Shown here piece after piece: positions 1-13,800 of a stretch of DNA of 64,000 bases. The position numbers and the translations under genes were made by a program. The DNA lies in the NCBI GenBank assembly GCA_002633005.1, contig NMRA01000002.1, positions 1,953,023 through 2,017,022 on the forward strand, given 5' to 3'. The stretch comes from Phoronis australis (Eukaryota; Animalia; Phoronida). How positions within the stretch are numbered: position 1 is the stretch's first letter; every line of letters begins with the position of its first letter. Below the pieces are notes generated by a model. It was not told the origin of the DNA. It saw only the letters and a program-made list of their open reading frames with translations, and made no database searches.

Positions 1-3000
1 TCGGGTATACAAAACACTCTACGGAATATTTTATGGTAACCTTAGCTGCCCCAGTCTAGCACCAGTCTTTTGCTAGGTGACAGTTGCTAAGCAGATTAAA
101 AGCAACATGCACCTGATGGCCTCAAAATATTCCAGTAACTGTCAATTTGCAAATTTTGTCTTAATCTTATAAATTTCTATACACAACTTTCATTCCTCTG
201 TGTCCCCAAAGGTCTCAGTCATACCAGTCCACGGTACAAGATAGTGGTGAAACTCAGTTGGTAGTCAATCCACTAGAAGACTGCAAGTAAAACTAGTGTG
301 ATTATACCTGTTTTGCTTGTATTGTGTGGAAATATCTCGCCAAAATTATGCCTTATCTTGCATTTTCGTGAATATAACGTGTCTACCGAACAAGCACCAG
401 GTCTAAAAGTTTGAACACACTGAGTCGGTTGGTTGAGGTTTCATGAATATGCCCAGTGTAAATCCAGCCTGCAATACATTAATAGCACCTTAAGTCTTCA
501 GCTATTTAGCACATGGCCGGCCGACAAGCGAGAATCTATTTAGTTAAAATTCCCCAAAAAGTAAAATCAAGAATCCATTACAAGCATGGGTGGAAGTGTG
601 CACATGTCACAAAATAACATTTACCTCAAGCTCTCGTTATTTGCAAAAAGATAATCAGCCTTTGAAAAAATGGGAAAATGCACATTTTGGCGATTACTTT
701 TTGTGTTAAATATAGAATAATAGTAAAACACTGTTATACTCAAAGACCCCAGGTGCACTGCTGGATCTAGGATCTAGGGTCAGGAGGGAGGTGTGAGTCT
801 GACTACAAAGATGAGTGTGAAACTTTGAAAACAGTGCGGTTAGCTTCTTCCTAAATATACCCATGAGCTGCACCCTGCAGACAGCTAAATCAATGACCAG
901 TAACCTTGCCCCAGTAATTAGTAGGTTGACCACTGCTCAATCAAGCCACACAGCCAAAGACATTAAAATGAACCCATCAACCGTCTGACTTAGTTTAACC
1001 TTGGTGCAAAGTGGAAAACAACCAACTACACGAAAGTGGTGTGGTATTCTCATCAAACATCGTTATTAGGCTATTATCGGGTATCTCACATGCACCATGA
1101 CTGAACCATGGGCATGGTGGCAGAGAAAAAAGAGGCAGTGAGTAGGTCTATAATTGACCAAGGCACTCGCCCCACCCACAGGTCTCTAAATAGATGACAA
1201 CAATCACTAATGGCAAATTAACAGGTTATTTTCTTATCAAATTTCACTATTTTTAAACTTGTTTTAAAAACTGGTGACTGGGGCACATACAAATCAATGG
1301 CACGAGGCGATACTTCTCAGAAATATCCTAACTTGGCACCGGTGAGCACACTAACAGAAAATGGTGCAACACTTTCAAAACAAAAATCTTTGCTCATGAA
1401 CAGTCATTCATGACACATTTATTTTACACAAATCAGGAAACTGTCTAATTTGTCATATCTAAGTATCCCACATTTAGTAAACAGGAAATTGGCACATGAA
1501 TCAAAATTACTAATCGTGAACAAAATGACCTACTTTTTAGTTAACAACAATGACAATGCGATTCCGTGTCATATTTGTTCCTTACGTTACAAGTAAACAC
1601 ACAAAGAAATTGTTCAATTGGTAATGTCTATAACTTGATTCTGAGATATCTTTATGTAATGCTGAACATACCACCGACTCCTCTTCTTGAGTTAAACAAT
1701 AGGGAATGTTATTGTATTATTGCGCCTGTCTATAATTTGACAGACAGTGGAATCAATAAACAATTAAAAATAAAAACTGTTTGGTCATGACAAATTTTCA
1801 ATGAACAATAATTTAGACCTTGCCTTTTTATAAGAGAACTTACTCAGACACAGGGCACAATTTATAATGTGGTTATTTTTAAGCAAACAAATCAATGCCT
1901 ACTGATGCCCGAGGAATGTGAATTGATTGTTTCAAAACACCAAGCCATGTAGATATTGATCGAGTCGGTACCTCAGATCCTTCCTAAGCACACTCAGTTT
2001 GCTATTGACCCACTACTAAACACCATTACACTACAAATGCTATATTTTTGGCACTGTAGGTTTCCCACCACTTGGACCTCAGTGCAACAGCCAGCAAGTC
2101 TATTGGTCTAGTATCAGTCAATGGTTCCAAAAATATCTTGAAAGAGTTAGCCACTTAACAAACAAAAGTTCACAGAAGAATAAAAGCATTAGGAGATCAA
2201 TTGACATCAACTAAAGGATGATAAGAATACTTTATGCGCTCTACCATCCAACATATCCTGACTCATAGATGCGCTATGGAACTAAGAAAAACAAGAAATA
2301 ATATAAGGAAATACAATTTATTCAAAATCAAATACAGAAACCAGTTCGAGGCAAGGAACTTCACAAATATTGCTCTGAAAATGTTCATAATTTAAGTGAA
2401 TAAAATATGAAACTCTGCCTAACTTATTTTATGATTAATAGAGATTAATTATCGATTTTTGAAATTGGGTAATGTTTTAAAATCACTATCAATTTCATTT
2501 CACATCAATTAATACATTAGCTAACAAGTGAAAAATGAAAATACAAAAGGTGTCTACAATTTATTGTACACAATAAATTTTCACCCATGAAATGAATTAA
2601 GATTTAATATGCCATAACAGCAAAAGCTTGAAATCCGAAAACACAAAGCCCACCAAAACAAAATTAGTAGGCCTACAGTGTATGTTAGACTAAGGCTTGA
2701 CAAAAGATTTCAATGTTCATCTGCACTTTTGGCGGGAATAACTGGTTTAGATGTGAAATCATTTGCCCAGGCAATGAATTAGTTCCACCTGTGTAAAAAA
2801 GGTAATAACCTAGAAACACAACATGTTCTGGGTTTGTCAAAGAAGGACAGGCAATATTGAACCTTTAACTTGACAGACAAAGAATGCACACCTGGACTTT
2901 ATCACACCTTTTCTTCATTAAGGTCTGATTAACTCTCACCGATTCAGGACCTAAGTAATCATTTTTTTTCAAAATTAATGTTTCCCATTTCCAAAACAAT

Positions 3001-4500
3001 GTTGGCAGGCCTAGAAAATGGACAATTTTGGAAATGTCATCTCAATGAAATTGACTAAGCTTAAGTCTACAAGCAGATCTCCCAATCTGCCCTTGACCAG
3101 ACTCCAGAGCAGAGGCGACCAGTGGTTGAATGGTGAGAAAGTTTACTTAGCAGCTAATGTATGACCAGAATAATTATGGGGAAACTACAACCAGACATCT
3201 GCTGGGATGAAGCAGGTTGCCTGGACAACCACATGAGGCAGACTGCCTGGGCAACTTGGCAGCCTGGACAACAGTTGCCGCCCTGACCCAGGAACAAATC
3301 TGTGCTTGACAAACCCAGTTCACAGCCATGGCCTAGTGCAGAAGACAGGGGCAAGACAGGAACAGCAAGATTAATGGGCAAGACACAGCAAGGGTATTTC
3401 CCAGATAAAGCCTATCTTAAATAATGAGATTGGCACTTTCCCCTAGAGCAACATGATGAGAGGTAGAGTCTGGGTCTGGCTCAGAAATGGAGTTCACACA
3501 CATCACAGGGCACTTTATGAGTGAAACGCCCCCAGCTACAATACATTTAAGGACAAAGCTAGTACTCTGATAGTCTATCAAAATGTGTAACAAAAATTGT
3601 CCCAAGTTGAATTCCTACAAATCAATAATAAAATATTTATTGAAGATGGTACACCCCCAAATTTACTCCCTGAATGAGTACAAAAATTCCCCATTAGCCA
3701 AGTCTGCTTTACCCAAAAATTCATAAACTGTAGTAGAATAGTGGAATAACTCGACTTAGTAGCAGCGTTTTGACTTACGTGAATATTCAATCAAAACCTT
3801 TCAGTTCACGCATGGATTAATAACCCTGAATCTCATCTTTATGACAAATTTACTACGCAATTAAGACACTGTTGATGAAAAACAATAGAAATCACACCAT
3901 GGCTGAACATAGACTTCACGTCATACAGTAGCAATAACACTAAGTTGGATTATTATATACATAACTGACACTGATAACAAAATTGCTGAATAATCCTTCA
4001 TTGATTATTACATCAGACAGCAAAGTGGCTGCCCTCAAAATCAATCCTCACAGATGAGAGAAGCCACAAGACGTTTTTCTTTCTTTAAGGGGCCTGCTGT
4101 GTCATACCAGCAGTCATTGGGTAGTGAAAAAATGAACAACTATACACTGAACTGCCCCGGTTTAACGCACACAATGGCCATTTACTTGGCTTTTGAGGGC
4201 TTCATCCATGTTGCGACTTGTGCATCATGAAGAATTCAAACTAATAACACTACCACGCAACATCTTTGACTGGTTTCAGTCATTCACCAGTCCTTGCCAG
4301 TTCAAATGTAAATATGACCTGCCCCCTAAATAGACGGGTCATGCGAGAGAACCAATAGGAAACATGAATCTATCTCAATTCAGGTGCAAATATAAGCCAT
4401 GTCGTGAATATCATACCTGTCCGGTGACGTGTTCTGGGTGTAAATAAGAAGCACGAGAACTATTCAGACATGTGACATGTTGTTATATAAAGGTACTTAC

Positions 4501-4936
4501 CACATTTTTTTTTACAAAGAATTCTTTTAATGTTCTTGATGTTTTTCCCGGAGGATTTACTTGGCAGTCTAGCTAACCTAAATACTCCGCTTGAATCAAG
4601 CGGATCAGATGTTAAAAAGAGTATGTACGATTTCCCAGTGTCTACAGGCGCTGTGCACAGCTCGGCACTTAATCTGGAGCTGAATCCGGCGACTGTAATC
4701 GTTCGCTTCTTCGGCAGCTCACTGGCTTTTTTAAAAACCTTAACGAGTCTTATCGTAGCATTATAAAAACCGTTCACCGGTCGCTTGAGCGACTGCACTT
4801 TCCCTACCAACACGAAGTCCGATGCGAGTGCTCGCGATCTGATATCGTCGAATTGCGACACACAAGTCCTGGATTTCACCATCTCTACAACACACAGTAG
4901 TCCAAAGATGACCAACTTCATATCAACTGCAACCAT
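4501..4936 (-). CDS. NRG2: First coding exon of a neuregulin-2/vein-like secreted growth factor (signal peptide plus NtA-like N-terminal domain); the gene continues off the left edge
   Basis: ATG at 4936 (alternative ATG 4921) and a hydrophobic signal peptide (KLVIFGLLCVVEMVKS). Motifs VLVGKVQSL, YILFL, VFRLARLP and GKNIKNIKRILCKKKC resemble the recalled NRG2 N-terminus (VVVEGKVQGL, YIFFL, VFKTAFAP, GKNLKKEVGKILCTDC). Strong phase-1 donor TGTG|gtaagt at 4501/4500. An agrin NtA assignment is less likely but not excluded; the Ig/EGF exons are not in the window. Confidence 0.75.
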
Positions 4937-5043
4937 GGCTAGCTATTTTAGCCCCTTCCTCTCAAAATTTATCCAAATGATAGAGACCGGCCTGAGCATG
5001 GCTTTTCTACCGTGAGTCTAACCACAAAATGACTTGGTTGTCG

Positions 5044-5146
5044 AGTGTGGGGGGAACACTTAGTGATTGGTCAGAGATAAATGACGTTGACAGTCCCCAG
5101 TGTTTAATCCCTGCCCTCTTTTACCATATTTGGAAGAGACCGCCCC
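5044..5146 (-). promoter_or_regulatory. Proximal promoter of the NRG/vein-like gene
   Basis: CCAAT on minus (5066-5070), TGACGT CRE-like site (5082-5087), perfect CArG box CCATATTTGG (5124-5133) and GC box CCGCCCC (5140-5146), all 130-210 nt upstream of the ATG. Confidence 0.55.
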
Positions 5147-6261
5147 AAATGACCCATTGCTTTACCTGTGAGGTTGTACTATGGTTGTAGATTTTGAAAT
5201 CGAAATCGAGCTCAGTACAAACACAATCTAGGCATTTTGTGCCCCTATTTGTGTAACATGACATCAAATATTTGTTTGGAATGGAACTTTCTGATGTTTA
5301 CTGGTCAGGGTGATTCATATGTGGGCAAAAGAGAATAATTGGTGATTCACACTGTACAAAATATGTAATTGTATGAATTAAACTATTGGAGAATTACGAT
5401 CGGAAACAATGGTTTCCATGATGCGTGCAAGAATAGCATCGCCTCTTATCAGTTTTATATGTATAACCGGAAACCATCCGAGTGTTTATAGATCGTGTTG
5501 TGGGTGGATTTAATCAAACATATACACCCTAGACAGAAACAATGTAGCAATAATACGTATTAATCGTCAAGGTAACAAACATTTGCAAACGTTTATACTA
5601 ATGCCGTTGGCTATTACAGTCAAGAGCTAAGGAGATTATCTGCTAAGAATTTTTCGTTTAGTAGGAAATGTTTTATCTTGCTCCATAAAGCATATAACCG
5701 CGTCTTTCTCATGATAACTTTTGCGTGCAGAAAGAAATAAAACGAGACAAGAATCAAATCCTAATTTGAGGTTACTCTACCTTTACCAAGAAATAGGTAA
5801 GAATTTGTACCTTGAAATTCGGGCGTAAGGTTAACACTCCCACTTCGCCGTAAGGGCTTGGCACGCGGGAACGCGACCTAAAGAAAACGCCCAAATTCTT
5901 TCAAAAGAAGCGAATAATTAAAAGCCGTCTATGATACAGTAACTGTGACATATTAAAAATAGTTGGGGAGAGTTTTACCTTTTATGTTAGTGCAATTTGT
6001 TACGCTTGACCGCCACAAGAAGTCGGCGCGAAGGGCGCACTTGAGTCTGTGCCGGGAAATGATAGTAATTAGAATCCTTCTTGGCGGATGTAAAACCTGA
6101 AACAAAAAATAACTAGATCTTCATTTACAATTGCAAACGTCTGATTATTTATTTTTGACAGTCAGTGTTTTAAATGAGTTCAACTCGTTCCGCGGTTGAA
6201 AGCTCACCGTCTGCATGACATCCTAGCGTGAACGTACACAGCGACGGATCTAAGGTGAGCT

Positions 6262-6447
6262 CAGTGCTGTATTGGTAAAATTAGAGTTAAGTAGGTGCCC
6301 AATGCCCACCGTATCACCTTGACCACTGAATTTTAAAAGTGCGTTGATTTCGCACCATAACGTAACTTACTGTGCGTAGGCGCTACCTTTATATGCCAAA
6401 AGGTGATTGGCTGCGCCTACGTGTACCTACGCCCCACTACAGCACTG
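6262..6447. mobile_element. hAT-type MITE (186 bp)
   Basis: TIRs CAGTGCTGTATTGG and CAGTGCTGTAGTGG (13/14 match). Perfect 8-bp target-site duplication GGTGAGCT at 6254-6261 and 6448-6455. Confidence 0.85.
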
Positions 6448-9400
6448 GGTGAGCTTCAAAAATGCCTTTTCTGTCTTTATAGTGTGAGACTGAAAGGGTT
6501 AACCCTAACCGGCTGGAGGCGTTTGAACGTTTTTCTACTCACGTAAAAATAAGTACCTAGCTTTGATATGAGGAATGCCGTATAACTGATCAACTCTATG
6601 ATTCGCTTACACAGGCTATATAGAGAGAGTAACACAATGTTCACGTGCATACCAGAACGCTCGCCAGTCGTCTGATCCGCCTTCGTAGCGTCTTGGCGAC
6701 CGCCTGGCATATTCCAATGGCGTGATTTGTGGTTAGGCTCTTTTAGCCCATGGTAATTGATCAGGAAATTAGCATTTTTGCACATATTTATGCTATTTCT
6801 TCGCAAAACGGCAGACAGGACGACTTTGTGAACGCTTGTTATAAATGTCTCTTTTGCCATCTTATCAGACGTCGCTAGTAGCTTCCTTCTGACAAAAGTT
6901 CCACACATGAACGTGATATAAGTCTTGAAAAACTGCCTGAGATAGAAAACTGCTTCATATAAAAGGCACGTGCAGGTCCATTGAGCAGGTAATGCTGCTG
7001 TGACCTGCTTTGTAAAAGTGCAGTATATAACCAGATTTAGTCTATGATATGACACTTCAAATAAGAATATGTCGTTGTGTCATTTACCATTATTTTTTGA
7101 AGACTTTTCGTTAATCACTAAACGTAACTTGCACCTCTTTCTTACACGAGTTTCATAGATCTGTGTCTGTGCTTTGTCTGTCGTGAGACAATCTTCATTA
7201 ATATCATTTGCAGAAATGAAATTTGAATTATATTCATTTAGCCAAGAACCGATTAGCTTTTTTGATAGTATTTTGTTTGGTATCTGATTTTGGAACAAAT
7301 ATGTATTCACCACCATCCGTACCTTGATTGGTTGATTGATTGATAAACTAAATTTCATTTTGCGCGATATGCGAGAACATCTTATTTAGGCTAAGATTGC
7401 CCACCGTTTAACTCGTTGTCCAAGCACCGTATTTTCTAATCCATCATCACGTGATAGTTGACAGGAGTCCCCTCAGTCACGGCTTATTTGCTGTCTTCTC
7501 ACGACCCCTTGTGGTTTAATCCGGCCAGTGTTCGCGTTATATCTGGCACTGGGCAATAACTGGATTACCGTTTTGTCTGTGTCTGCAGTCTTGAAGGACT
7601 TGTTTGTCCCAACGGAACATAAACAAATCCTGATAGACCCATGCTACTGTACATATACGAATGTTTTCAGGATGTGCCAGGCTAAAATCCGAAGGAAATT
7701 TTGGTGAATTAAGTTTAAAGAAATATCTTTGTAGCTGTTCTGTTCGGTGTTATGATATGTATTTCTTGCTACATAAATTTTCCAGAACGCCAACAAAAAA
7801 CGAAAACACATGATGACTTGAGTAACATCCCGGAATTTTCCTCCATTGAACAACATTTTATGAGCAACATTTCTTTTCTACTGAAAAAATAGCATTGACT
7901 AATTTTTCTGTTGCAATTGATGATTGATTTACGCAGACATATCGACTTTTCTTACTATCAACTTCCGCGTCGCCAAGACGACAAAACAAACTCGTCCTTA
8001 ACTACTCATACGGATATAATTTAAATTCCCCTGAGACAAAATCAACCATTCCTGACCCTACATGAGCAACGAAAACAATAAGTGTAGCAATAATGCCGCT
8101 TTCGCTATTTCCGCTATGTAACTTCTCACCTGGCAGTTGAAGATTGAAAGCAATATTATTAGCAACAAAACAAACACCATTAAATCATTCAATTTGAAAA
8201 TTCAATCTATACTGTTTGCGCATGTGCGCATATTTCATCCTCTAAAAGTTTTCTTCAGTCGCATTTTTCAAAAGACGCCAAAATAGCATCCTTCATATAG
8301 GAGGCCCAGAGGGTCTGCCCCATGCCCGACTTGCCGATTTTACGCCTACGCCCCGATCACCCTCACAACACCTAAATCCGACAGTGTTTCAACTTCTATA
8401 GGGTGCAGCGTGCACTTTTCACCTGACCAGACAGACGGGATCGATTGACGGAGCGAAGAAGTGCACTGAATGATGTCATAAATTTTTGTAATAAAACAGA
8501 CCTCTGCATCCCCGACAGCAGCAAGTGGAAAAACTGATCTTATGGTAGACTGTAACTGCCGAGGGAAAAAGTTCTGTAGTCTGGGAGATTGGTTTGAACT
8601 TGTCAAGATGAAAATCTCAGGGTTCTCTTATAACATAGTAGGGATTGCATTCAACGAAAATTTATAATTATTGGTATTGTCTGGGGAATTCGTCGACCTA
8701 CTTTGTATGCATGCTGGCTAACGAAGAAAACGTCCCTCTTATACAATAAAGGTTCTGTTAAATCCGCAATTAAAGCATATTCACAAGTTCAGAGCTCCTA
8801 ACTGCCCTCAAATCCTCACAGGAGCACTTGCAAAACAATGTCATCGAGTTCTGATCCTTTGGTTGAATTGATATTAGATGCGCGTAGAATTCTTGTGGCG
8901 GACATTCTGTGTTGCTGAAAGAACCCAACAAGCAACTCTCTTCTCAATTTTTAATTTGAGTAAACCTTTGAGCAAAATGTTTGATTATGATCATCTATCA
9001 GTAATCAAGGAAAATCGAATCTTCTACAATGTGCAAACAATTTTCTCGCCTCCTCATCATTAAGCAAAATTCTCGTCTGCTCAGCCGGCAGAAGTGATGT
9101 GGTGGCTTCATTTTCTCACCGGTCCTCATTTCCACTATGACGTCACATTGTTTTGCATCAAAACTTTCTCCTATGAGCTTGGCAGTGGAAAATAAACTTG
9201 CTTTAAAATTCAATTTACGACTTCAGTGTCTATTAGCTAAACTGCGAGTGCGAACCCTCCCACGGATGACTAACCGATTTATTGAGGACTGGGAAAATTT
9301 CGCGGTATTCAAGAAAATTTTCAGCACACATGAATGATACACTGGTCTTAAAAAGTTGTAAATACTATCAGGGTGATGTTAATGTCTCTCTGGCTTGAGT

Positions 9401-10660
9401 AATTCCATTAAATTGGAAACGAGTACGCTTCGCATAACGAATGTAGGTAGCGTGAAGTCCAGTATCCCTATCAAATAGGCTGGTCTGTACCGGTAAGAAT
9501 GTGCTGGCACTGGTCTAGAAGATGGTCCAAGAATCCGGATCACACTGTTTTAGCGAAGAAATACGAAATGCCCATATACCTGTCCATTGTCAGCCATGAT
9601 CCTGGGTATGAGGCCTAAGTGTCACCTGGTTGACAAGTATATCAGTCACCAAGACGGTTAATCTCCGAAAAAGTTTTTTTTTTGCTTTTCAAATCTCCAA
9701 GTTGAGGCCCACGTCAGCTAGTGATGCAATCAAAACTGCAGCACGTGGTGGATCTCTACAGGGGGTACACCGGCTTTAAGCCCCACCCTCACTAATTGGG
9801 TTCTGCTGTAGACTTATGTTACGAGCGGGACCAATCAAGAATTTCTAAATAAAGACAAACGGTCGCAGTAGCGTCAAAAACGTATGCTGTCTGCTCATCA
9901 TGCCGGGATGGAGACCCTTGAGAAATGAGTAAAAACCCCTCCGATAAAATTGTAGAAAAAATGAAAATAAGCAGAACCATGACAAAACTAAAAGGTTTTC
10001 ACGAGTGTAAGATACCAGACTTTCCACCTTCACTGTTGTATTGTTGCAGTCGTGATTGCATAACAACTGGTACCAGTGTCCCCAAGATAGGTTACGTTTT
10101 GATTCATAGACTTTCCACAGACCAGGTCTCGGCTAAGTCGTTTTATCAGTTGTTAGATCACTTTGTTACGTTGGGTGGTTAGAAAAACAGCCCAAGGTGA
10201 AATTAGACGTGTGAAACTTGAGCTTGACCTATTTAACAACCATCTGTTCGTTAGTATTGGAAACACGTTTTGATTTTTTCAGCACCTTGCGCGATGCTTG
10301 TGATTCAGTCGTTTAACCACAACACAATGAAATGAGAACTGCGCGATCTCTCAGAACCGTTTAATTCGTAACTACATTTTTATTGAACACAGATATGCCG
10401 ACATGTTAATAACAATAGGGATTTTTATTTCTCACCGAAAGGTCTGAGTCATAGGCAAATCAGTGTCCAAACCAATAGATTTGTAACTGACGTTAAAGGG
10501 GCGTAATCGTTTTCACGGCCGAAAATGCAGTTTTGAATGTAATAGACTTTTTGAAGTGATTATGACCAAAGATATGAAACAATAAAATCTTTTGTTGTTT
10601 TTGTGATTTTATTTTCCACAATTCACGCGGTTGTCTGCCAGACATTCGGTGACATCAAGT

Positions 10661-10819
10661 CCTGGCGAGCGTTCAGTAAACGCTAGGACCTACGCTAGGA
10701 CCTAGCTAAAACCTAGTCGAAGTCACGTGTTCTAGTTTAAAAGGCATGGCAATATCTCACGTAATCTCGCGAAGTCTTGCTTTTTAGCGAGGTCCTAGCG
10801 TTACTGAACGGGAGGCAGG
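10661..10819. mobile_element. Palindromic MITE-like element
   Basis: Arm CGTTCAGTAAACGCTAGGACCT (from 10670) is inverted relative to AGGTCCTAGCGTTACTGAACG (to 10810), with internal GCTAGGACCT subrepeats. No clear TSD. Confidence 0.6.
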
Positions 10820-13800
10820 TGCATCTAAAACACATTCTGCGTTGTATCAGGATTTAGCTCAACCACTGGAGTGTTTGATTGCGACGGGAGAATTTCAGTT
10901 TCAGTTTCGATTCTGCGCTGGTGGCTGATCTCAGACTAAGATTTTGACTGCTTGAAGACGGAATTTTCATGTTCTTGGTCGCTATTATATATGTTACCTC
11001 CTTCTGGCATTTATGCTCAAGGCAAATTGCTATGTTAAACGGGACCGGGACCGAAAAGCGGGTGTCTCGGGCACCGAGCACAGACTGGACCAAAGCGACT
11101 GATAGAACACAGTTTATTCAGACAGAGGGCGCGTTCCGTGGACCCACGAAATTCCAGAAAAAGTAAGATCACGAAAGTCCACGTAAAATTACGTGAGTGC
11201 ATGGCGAGTGTTTCGCGAGTATGTTTCGGAAGCACTGAGCAATTTTCACTGGTTTTTGCCTGGCAGTCAGGGTACACACGTCAATGGACTTGCCGTCTTT
11301 TCTTCCACTCTCGGACGAAAACTGAATGAACAATATGAACAGCTTTGAGTCATTGCACTCCAAAAGCGCTAAGGGAACCCCGAAACATTATTCTTGTCCC
11401 ATATTTTGACCCCTATTTGGCGAAGTGGGAACAAACGTCTGCCTCAGAGAAACCAAAACTCCGAAAAATGTAGAAAACGGGACAAAAGGTCACTAATAAG
11501 GCAGGAACTACCTTAATTCAGCGAATGCAAAATTCATAGCTGTGAACGTAACCCGTTTTTTTTTAGTAAAAGGTCCACATCCTCAAAAGTTCGAGCACCT
11601 AATTTAGGCTGGGTGCGCGATTTTCTTGCAATTCTGGGTTGTTTGAGAGCTACCTGAAATCGCAGCACATTTCTCAGTCATTACACTGCAATGAAACTCT
11701 GCAACAGGGATCCACCAGTTTGCAGAAAACGAAACCTAGTGGACTTTTCTGATCCACAACATATTTGCGAATACCAGATTCATTGAACTAACTTGCAATA
11801 CATACCGCAAAACTGCCGCCGAGCCCGAAGAATTTAATTGCAAGGTAGTGCAATTGTCTGTGGCTACAGTCTAACTGTACAGTGCCAAAGATTTTACTAG
11901 CTAACGTACTCAGTACCCTCTCAAAATGGCAGCCACAGTGAACTCTATCCCGGCATAATTCAACGTCTCAACCTCGTCCATTTTGCTGGGGAACACCTAT
12001 AAAATCCCACACATACTCGCGAAACACTCACCTTTCACTCGCGTGAGTTTGAAGGGTCTTGCGTGATTTTGCTTTTTCGTGAGTTTTTGCCTAAGCTGAA
12101 CCCATCCCCGGTTGACGTTTTCAGAACTTCATCACTGCACCACACTTCCGGCTGGAGGCACTGCTATTTTTAATAATTTTATTTTGCTAGAATACGCTAA
12201 ATTAACTAAACATCCTTAGAAAAGGTAAAACCTCCTTTAACTGTTGGCCGAAAATTTTGTTAATTAGCTTCAGTACGAATCATTTTTAAACAAAGATCGA
12301 GAAGAAACATTTTCATAGCAGGATTATGCCAACACAAAATTATGTTTGGTTTTAAAAAATCCCCCATCATGCAGTGCATCTTTGATAGTCTTTATTTTGG
12401 TTCATGTTTTTGTGAAACCCATGGTTTTGATTTTTTTAGCACCTCGACTTAAATTTTCTAATTACAAATAATTCAACCGTGGACTGAATATGGAACTCAT
12501 TGATTGGTTTAACATGAAGATTCAGATTTGCAAATTTGATTTATTACCATTTGAAGACGACTTTAAGCTTGCCATATCGGATTGACCGAATTAGCTCTGC
12601 GTGGGATTTGAAAGACGCTAAGGCCAGATTTTGTTGTCAAAAGCGACATTCTGGTGTATTTGCTGTTCTAAAGCAACGCCATCGTTATACTTATCCGTTG
12701 CTTGAACTTAAATTGGTTGCTGCAGAAAAACGCCTGGAATTTCCCTGACGGCCATAATGCAATCGCCGGAAGAAAATAACCCGCCGTGACAAGCAATCTA
12801 CACGAGCCTCGGTTCAAAACAATAACAAACAGTCATTTTTGTTAATAAGCCTAGAAATGATTTCTAATCTGAGCAAAGGAACCGGATCCGACTGAATTTC
12901 ATAACGTTGATTGGTCTAAATCTTTAATCAAGTGACTCCGTTTTTCTGTACAATCCTTCCATAAAGATCGACTAAAATTCCAGACATATGCTTTTTTCGC
13001 ACGAAATTTGCAAGCTCTGTTTCATGATTCTATTAGATACAAAAACGTATTAGCCCAAGGACTTCGATGCAAAAAGACAACATTCATTGCAAATAACGGA
13101 AGTCTTGATGTTTAACAGGCGAGCTCCGGGGCTAAAAGGTCTTTATAGAAAATCTCAGTCATGCTTTTGTATCTATAGAACGTTTAACGTCTACAGAGAA
13201 ATGCAATTTGCAAGTTTCGGAAAAATTCGTGTTTGTGGAAATTACGGCGATATCCCTGAAAAATCCCGATTTTTGAAAATCCTTCACGTAATTACCAATT
13301 TCTGAGCAGGATTTTCACCATAAGATTTGTGATGGTCACATTTCCAGAAAAAATATAGTTTCGTGGGCTTACAATTAATGTTTTAAAGGATGTGAAAGAA
13401 ATTTGAGCTTCCGTAACGAAGGTTATCAGTTACCATAACCTATTCACACAATACACTATAGTCCAGCTGCCATTGAACCAACGTTTATAATGCCTCACAC
13501 AGAAGCGACCCAAATGCACGAACATGGTTATCATTTGGAACACTTCGGGTACATTTCATATCAATCTGACAAAGACCCGCGGTAATAAATGATGCAGCCT
13601 ACAGGCTGCGGAGATGGTGTATTAAGTAAAAAACGCAACTGTTCTTTATTTTCTCAAATGCCTTAAACAAAGCCAATTACTTTCCCACTAGTGCCCCATT
13701 TACAAAACAAAAACACGCGTTCGCTAAAGCTAATTTTCTTGTTATATCATCGACTGTACCTGGACGTTTCTAAGAAGTACTTAGTTCTAAGAAACCTTAA

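Noticed and set aside
6477-7055. 192-aa minus-strand ORF
   Set aside because: Non-ATG start, no recognisable motif, and adjacent to repeat-like sequence.
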